57,288 nucleotides of DNA from Basidiobolus meristosporus CBS 931.73 (taxonomy: Eukaryota; Fungi; Basidiobolomycota): the NCBI GenBank assembly GCA_002104905.1, contig MCFE01000566.1:1-57288 (forward strand), written 5' to 3'. The translations under genes and the position numbers were made by a program. The notes under the pieces were generated by a model. The model made no database searches. It was given only the letters and a program-made list of their open reading frames with translations, and was not told where the DNA came from. Positions 53,717 to 57,288 of the stretch are shown here, piece by piece. Within the stretch, counting starts at the first letter, position 1; each line of letters opens with the position of its first letter.

Positions 53717-54066
53717 TGTTGTAAAAATTTGTATTTCCACCTAAATATTCACCTAGCTTAGTCACTTAGATCATCACCTTCAAATCCTAGAGAATACTGA
53801 CCAAATTCCTTGTTGGGATTTACTTGGAATATTTTTCACCAAAATGCCAGGTACCCAGAACATGAAAATTCTCAAAGTTGTCCAAACAGCCCCAAACTTT
53901 GCACACATGTTCTTGGGACCTTCCTTAACCTATTCTACGTGTTTGTAATGCCAAGACCAGGTAAAAGTATAAATACTACTTTTACATTCAATAAATCATT
54001 AAGTGAAAACCACATAATCTACTTGTTCTCCAAATCACTTCCAATATCTCCAAGACTCTTACAACA
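53717..54066 (+). repeat. 5' LTR (350 bp)
   Basis: Begins TGTTGTAA exactly where the older copy breaks and ends TTACAACA (perfect 8-bp terminal inverted repeat) directly before the primer site; contains TATAAATA and AATAAA. The 3' LTR is outside the window, so the pair cannot be confirmed. Confidence 0.8.
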
Positions 54067-54078
54067 GGTTATGAGCCC
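54067..54078 (+). promoter_or_regulatory. Primer-binding site GGTTATGAGCCC (internal initiator-tRNA type)
   Basis: Abuts the LTR end and matches the Ty5/Drosophila-copia class of primer site rather than TGGTATCAGAGC. Confidence 0.75.
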
Positions 54079-54097
54079 CAAGCTGTCACTCTCTGCA

Positions 54098-57000
54098 ATG
54101 TCTACTACTGCTATTACTGGAATTTTTCCCTCTGCTGAAAAGTTGGATGGATCTAACTACCAAGTGTGGAAGGTGAAGATGAAGATGCTGCTGCAAGAAA
54201 GAGGCCTTTGGGATATTGTCATGGGAGAAGAATGCCCTCCTAAAAACGTGGGAGAGGAAGCCTTAAAGTACCAGAAGAAAGAACAAAGTGCCTTTAACTG
54301 CATTTGCCTTAATGTCAAGGACAAATTGCTAATTCAATGCTCAAGAGCAAAAACGGCAAAGAATGCCTGGAAGGCATTAGAAGACACCTACCAGTCATGT
54401 TCAGCTGCCAAGAAAATGTATCTGAGAAGAAAATTCTTTACTACAAAGATGCTGCCAGGAGAAGAAATGAAAAATCTAATTAACAGAATTACCCTGCTGG
54501 TAGATGAGATGGAATCTGTGGGCGTACCAACTACTGATGAGGATGTGATAGTTACCATCCTGAATAGCCTGACAGACAAGTTTCAGGGCCTTGTATCAGC
54601 CCTAGAGTCCAGAACTGAAGATTTGACCTTAAATTACGTATATGGAAGGCTCCTGGATGAAGAATTAAGAAAATCAAGCGCCAATAAGAAGGAAGAAGAA
54701 AATGCTTTAATAAGCAATGATAACCAACAAAGGAGGTACCCAAGACCCTACAAAGGCAACAGCAACCTAATTTGCAACTACTGCAAAAGGAAAGGACACA
54801 CATCAGACCGATGTTTCAAAAAGAGAGATTATCAGCAAAAGAAGCCTGAATATGGAAATGCTGCAACAACTGAAGATAGTCTATTCATATCTGCACTAAA
54901 TATGACCACAAACAAGGATTCTCAGACGTGGTATATTGACTCTGGAGCTTCTCAACACTTTACACACCAAAAAGAACTTTTTACCCAATATCAAGAAATT
55001 CCAATTAAGAAGGTTTTCATGGGTGACAATAGAACACTTGATGCAGTGGGAGAAGGAACTATCCAAGTAAACCTAAGAAGCAGTGAAGGAAGCCATACAC
55101 TGACCTTTAAAGAAGTACTCTATGTACCAGAAATAGCCAAGAACCTACTCTCCGTAAGCAAGGCCACAGCAGAAGGACTCAGTTTCAGTTTTGACAATTC
55201 TGGATGCAGGATCACTGATCAAAATGGTGCTCATATTGCTTTGGGCATCAGAGATCAGAATCTATACAAGTTGACTTATATTCCATCATATCTGGAAGCC
55301 AATATAAGTAACTTAAATGAAGAAACACCAATGCTTTGGCACAGGAGATTTGGACACATCAATTTTGATTATTTGCGTAAAATGATCAAAGATCAGCTAA
55401 TTTCTGGAGTGAAAATTGATCCCCCAGCTATTTTGGAGCACTGTGAAGCCTGCACATATGGGAAACAAGCCAGACAACTGTTCAAGAGCTCTGGGTTAAT
55501 CAAAACTAAGAAAAAATTAGATCTAATTCACTCAGATCTGTGTGGACCTATGCAAAATTTATCCTTAGGTGGGATGAAGTATTTAATCACTTTTATTGAT
55601 GATTATACAAGATACACATGGGTCTACTTCATGGAGAGAAAGGAAGAAGCTCTGTCTAAGTTCAGGGAGTTTAAAGCCATGGTGGAGAGAGAAACTGGTG
55701 AAAAAATCAAGAAAATACGCTCTGACAATGGTGGAGAATATACCTCAAAACTCTTCATCCACTTCTGCAAAATTCATGGGATAAATCAAGAGACTACTGT
55801 ACCATACTCCCCACAGCAAAATGGAGTAGCAGAACAAGCTAACAGATCAATAATTGATATGGCAAGATCTATGATCCATGATCAAAAATTATCCTATGAT
55901 TTTTGGGTAGAATCAGTTGCCACTGCTGTATATCTTAAAAATAGGAGTTATAACAGAATACTTTGTGATTCTACTCCATTTGAAGCATGGTATGGATACA
56001 GACCAAGTGCAGAACATCTAAGAATATTTGGGTGTACAGCATATGCCAAAAAACTGGCCGGAAATCAGTCAAAATTTGAGCCAAAAAGTGTAAAATGCAT
56101 ATTTTTGGGCTACTGCAATGAGAGTAAGGCATACAGACTCTACAATACCAAAGCAAAGAAGCTTATCAAGTCCAGGGATGTGTTGTTTGATGAAAATTCA
56201 AAATTTTCACAAAAAATGACATCAGATGATGACAAAAATTTGATCTCAAGTCCACCAATTGTCAGGATTGAATCAGAGCAAAACAATGAAAATTTTTTCA
56301 CTCCAGAGGACTCTACAACCGTGGTTCAGCCAGAATCAGTGCCCAGGAATATCCCAGAAGTGATCATTCCAGTATCAAATGCCCAGAGATCAAATTGGAC
56401 AAGAAATAGCCCAAATTACTATATTAATGAGGGTACAAACTTAGCCTATGCCTATTCAGTCCATATTGATGAACCCCAGACTGTAAAAGAGGCCCTAAAT
56501 AGCCCTCAGACAAAGTTTTGGAGATCTGCAATGACTGAGGAATATCAGGCCCTGATGGAAAATCAAACTTGGGACTTAGTCAAATTACCAATCAACCAAA
56601 AATCAATTGGATGCAGATGGGTCTTCAAGACAAAATACAAGGCTGATGGTACAATTGAAAGATACAAAGCAAGACTTGTAGCCAAAGGATACTCTCAAAC
56701 AAAAGGACTTGACTATACTGAGACCTTTGCACCGGTAGCCAAGTTTAATTCCATCAGATTAATATTGGCTATTGCAGCCAAATATAAGTTTTTTATTCAT
56801 CAAATGGATGTAAAAACTGCATTTTTGAATGGAGAACTTGATGAGGACGTGTATATGGACCAGCCTGATGGGTTTGTTGACCAAGATAACCCCCATTTGG
56901 TCTGCAAGCTTAAAAAGTCACTATATGGTCTCAAACAATCACCAAGAGCCTGGAATTGCAAGATAGATTCTTATTTGGAATCTTTGAGTTTCAAAAGGAG

Positions 57001-57288
57001 TAATGCTGACTATAGTATATACTATAAGCCAGATAGAGCAAATCCAGTTCTATTAGCTCTATATGTGGATGATCTTATTATAGCCGCCAATAACCTAGAA
57101 ACATTGGAAGAGACTAAATCCAGCCTATCTAAGGAGTTCAAGATGTCCAATCTAGGAGAACTTAGTTACTACTTAGGGATTAAGTTCTCCATAGACAGAA
57201 GTACCCAGACTATTACCCTAAGCCAATCCAAGTATATTCAAGATATACTAAAGAAGTACAAAATGGAAGACTGTAAACCAGCAGCTAC
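54098..57288 (+). CDS. Copia Gag-Pol polyprotein, 3'-partial; no stop seen on manual translation
   Basis: MSTTAITG...KLDGSNYQVWKVKM; Zn knuckle CNYCKRKGHTSDRC; protease WYIDSGAS; LWHRRFGH/CEAC; integrase HSDLCGP, RSDNGGEY, NGVAE; [32 protein letters not shown]. Confidence 0.93.
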   Translation, partial: MSTTAITGIFPSAEKLDGSNYQVWKVKMKMLLQERGLWDIVMGEECPPKNVGEEALKYQKKEQSAFNCICLNVKDKLLIQCSRAKTAKNAWKALEDTYQSCSAAKKMYLRRKFFTTKMLPGEEMKNLINRITLLVDEMESVGVPTTDEDVIVTILNSLTDKFQGLVSALESRTEDLTLNYVYGRLLDEELRKSSANKKEEENALISNDNQQRRYPRPYKGNSNLICNYCKRKGHTSDRCFKKRDYQQKKPEYGNAATTEDSLFISALNMTTNKDSQTWYIDSGASQHFTHQKELFTQYQEIPIKKVFMGDNRTLDAVGEGTIQVNLRSSEGSHTLTFKEVLYVPEIAKNLLSVSKATAEGLSFSFDNSGCRITDQNGAHIALGIRDQNLYKLTYIPSYLEANISNLNEETPMLWHRRFGHINFDYLRKMIKDQLISGVKIDPPAILEHCEACTYGKQARQLFKSSGLIKTKKKLDLIHSDLCGPMQNLSLGGMKYLITFIDDYTRYTWVYFMERKEEALSKFREFKAMVERETGEKIKKIRSDNGGEYTSKLFIHFCKIHGINQETTVPYSPQQNGVAEQANRSIIDMARSMIHDQKLSYDFWVESVATAVYLKNRSYNRILCDSTPFEAWYGYRPSAEHLRIFGCTAYAKKLAGNQSKFEPKSVKCIFLGYCNESKAYRLYNTKAKKLIKSRDVLFDENSKFSQKMTSDDDKNLISSPPIVRIESEQNNENFFTPEDSTTVVQPESVPRNIPEVIIPVSNAQRSNWTRNSPNYYINEGTNLAYAYSVHIDEPQTVKEALNSPQTKFWRSAMTEEYQALMENQTWDLVKLPINQKSIGCRWVFKTKYKADGTIERYKARLVAKGYSQTKGLDYTETFAPVAKFNSIRLILAIAAKYKFFIHQMDVKTAFLNGELDEDVYMDQPDGFVDQDNPHLVCKLKKSLYGLKQSPRAWNCKIDSYLESLSFKRSNADYSIYYKPDRANPVLLALYVDDLIIAANNLETLEETKSSLSKEFKMSNLGELSYYLGIKFSIDRSTQTITLSQSKYIQDILKKYKMEDCKPAA

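Larger units (their letters stand above)
53717..57288 (+). mobile_element. Younger Ty1/copia LTR retrotransposon of the same family, running off the window end
   Basis: 5' LTR, primer-binding site and a gag-pol frame with the copia domain order gag-PR-IN-RT. Confidence 0.95.

Overview
Eukaryotic, intron-rich, gene-dense DNA from a fungus. The fungal-type histone H3, group III hybrid histidine kinase, secreted tyrosinase with a C-terminal tail and PAAT-like gene suggest an early-diverging lineage, possibly Zoopagomycota (inference). Bases 1-40,000 hold mostly housekeeping genes: eIF2D (5'-partial), tyrosinase, a GNAT-like acetyltransferase, 3-unit polyubiquitin, AAGAB/IRC6, an F-box/LRR protein, a BUD21-like protein, PWP1, histone H3, EFL1, a PAAT/C10orf88-like protein, STN1, a TBC Rab-GAP, thymidylate synthase, LETM1/MDM38 and NUF2. 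The standout is an intronless 2613-aa group III hybrid histidine kinase with 20 tandem 92-aa HAMP units plus a terminal HAMP; its central units were recently duplicated. The window ends with a decayed Ty1/copia element interrupted in its RT region by a younger, open-frame copy of the same family. That copy has a 350-bp LTR and a Ty5/copia-type internal-tRNA primer site, and both copies are strongly CpG-depleted. I found no tRNA, rRNA or CRISPR array. Exon structures were read by eye from GT..AG signals and protein motifs, and no database searches were run.
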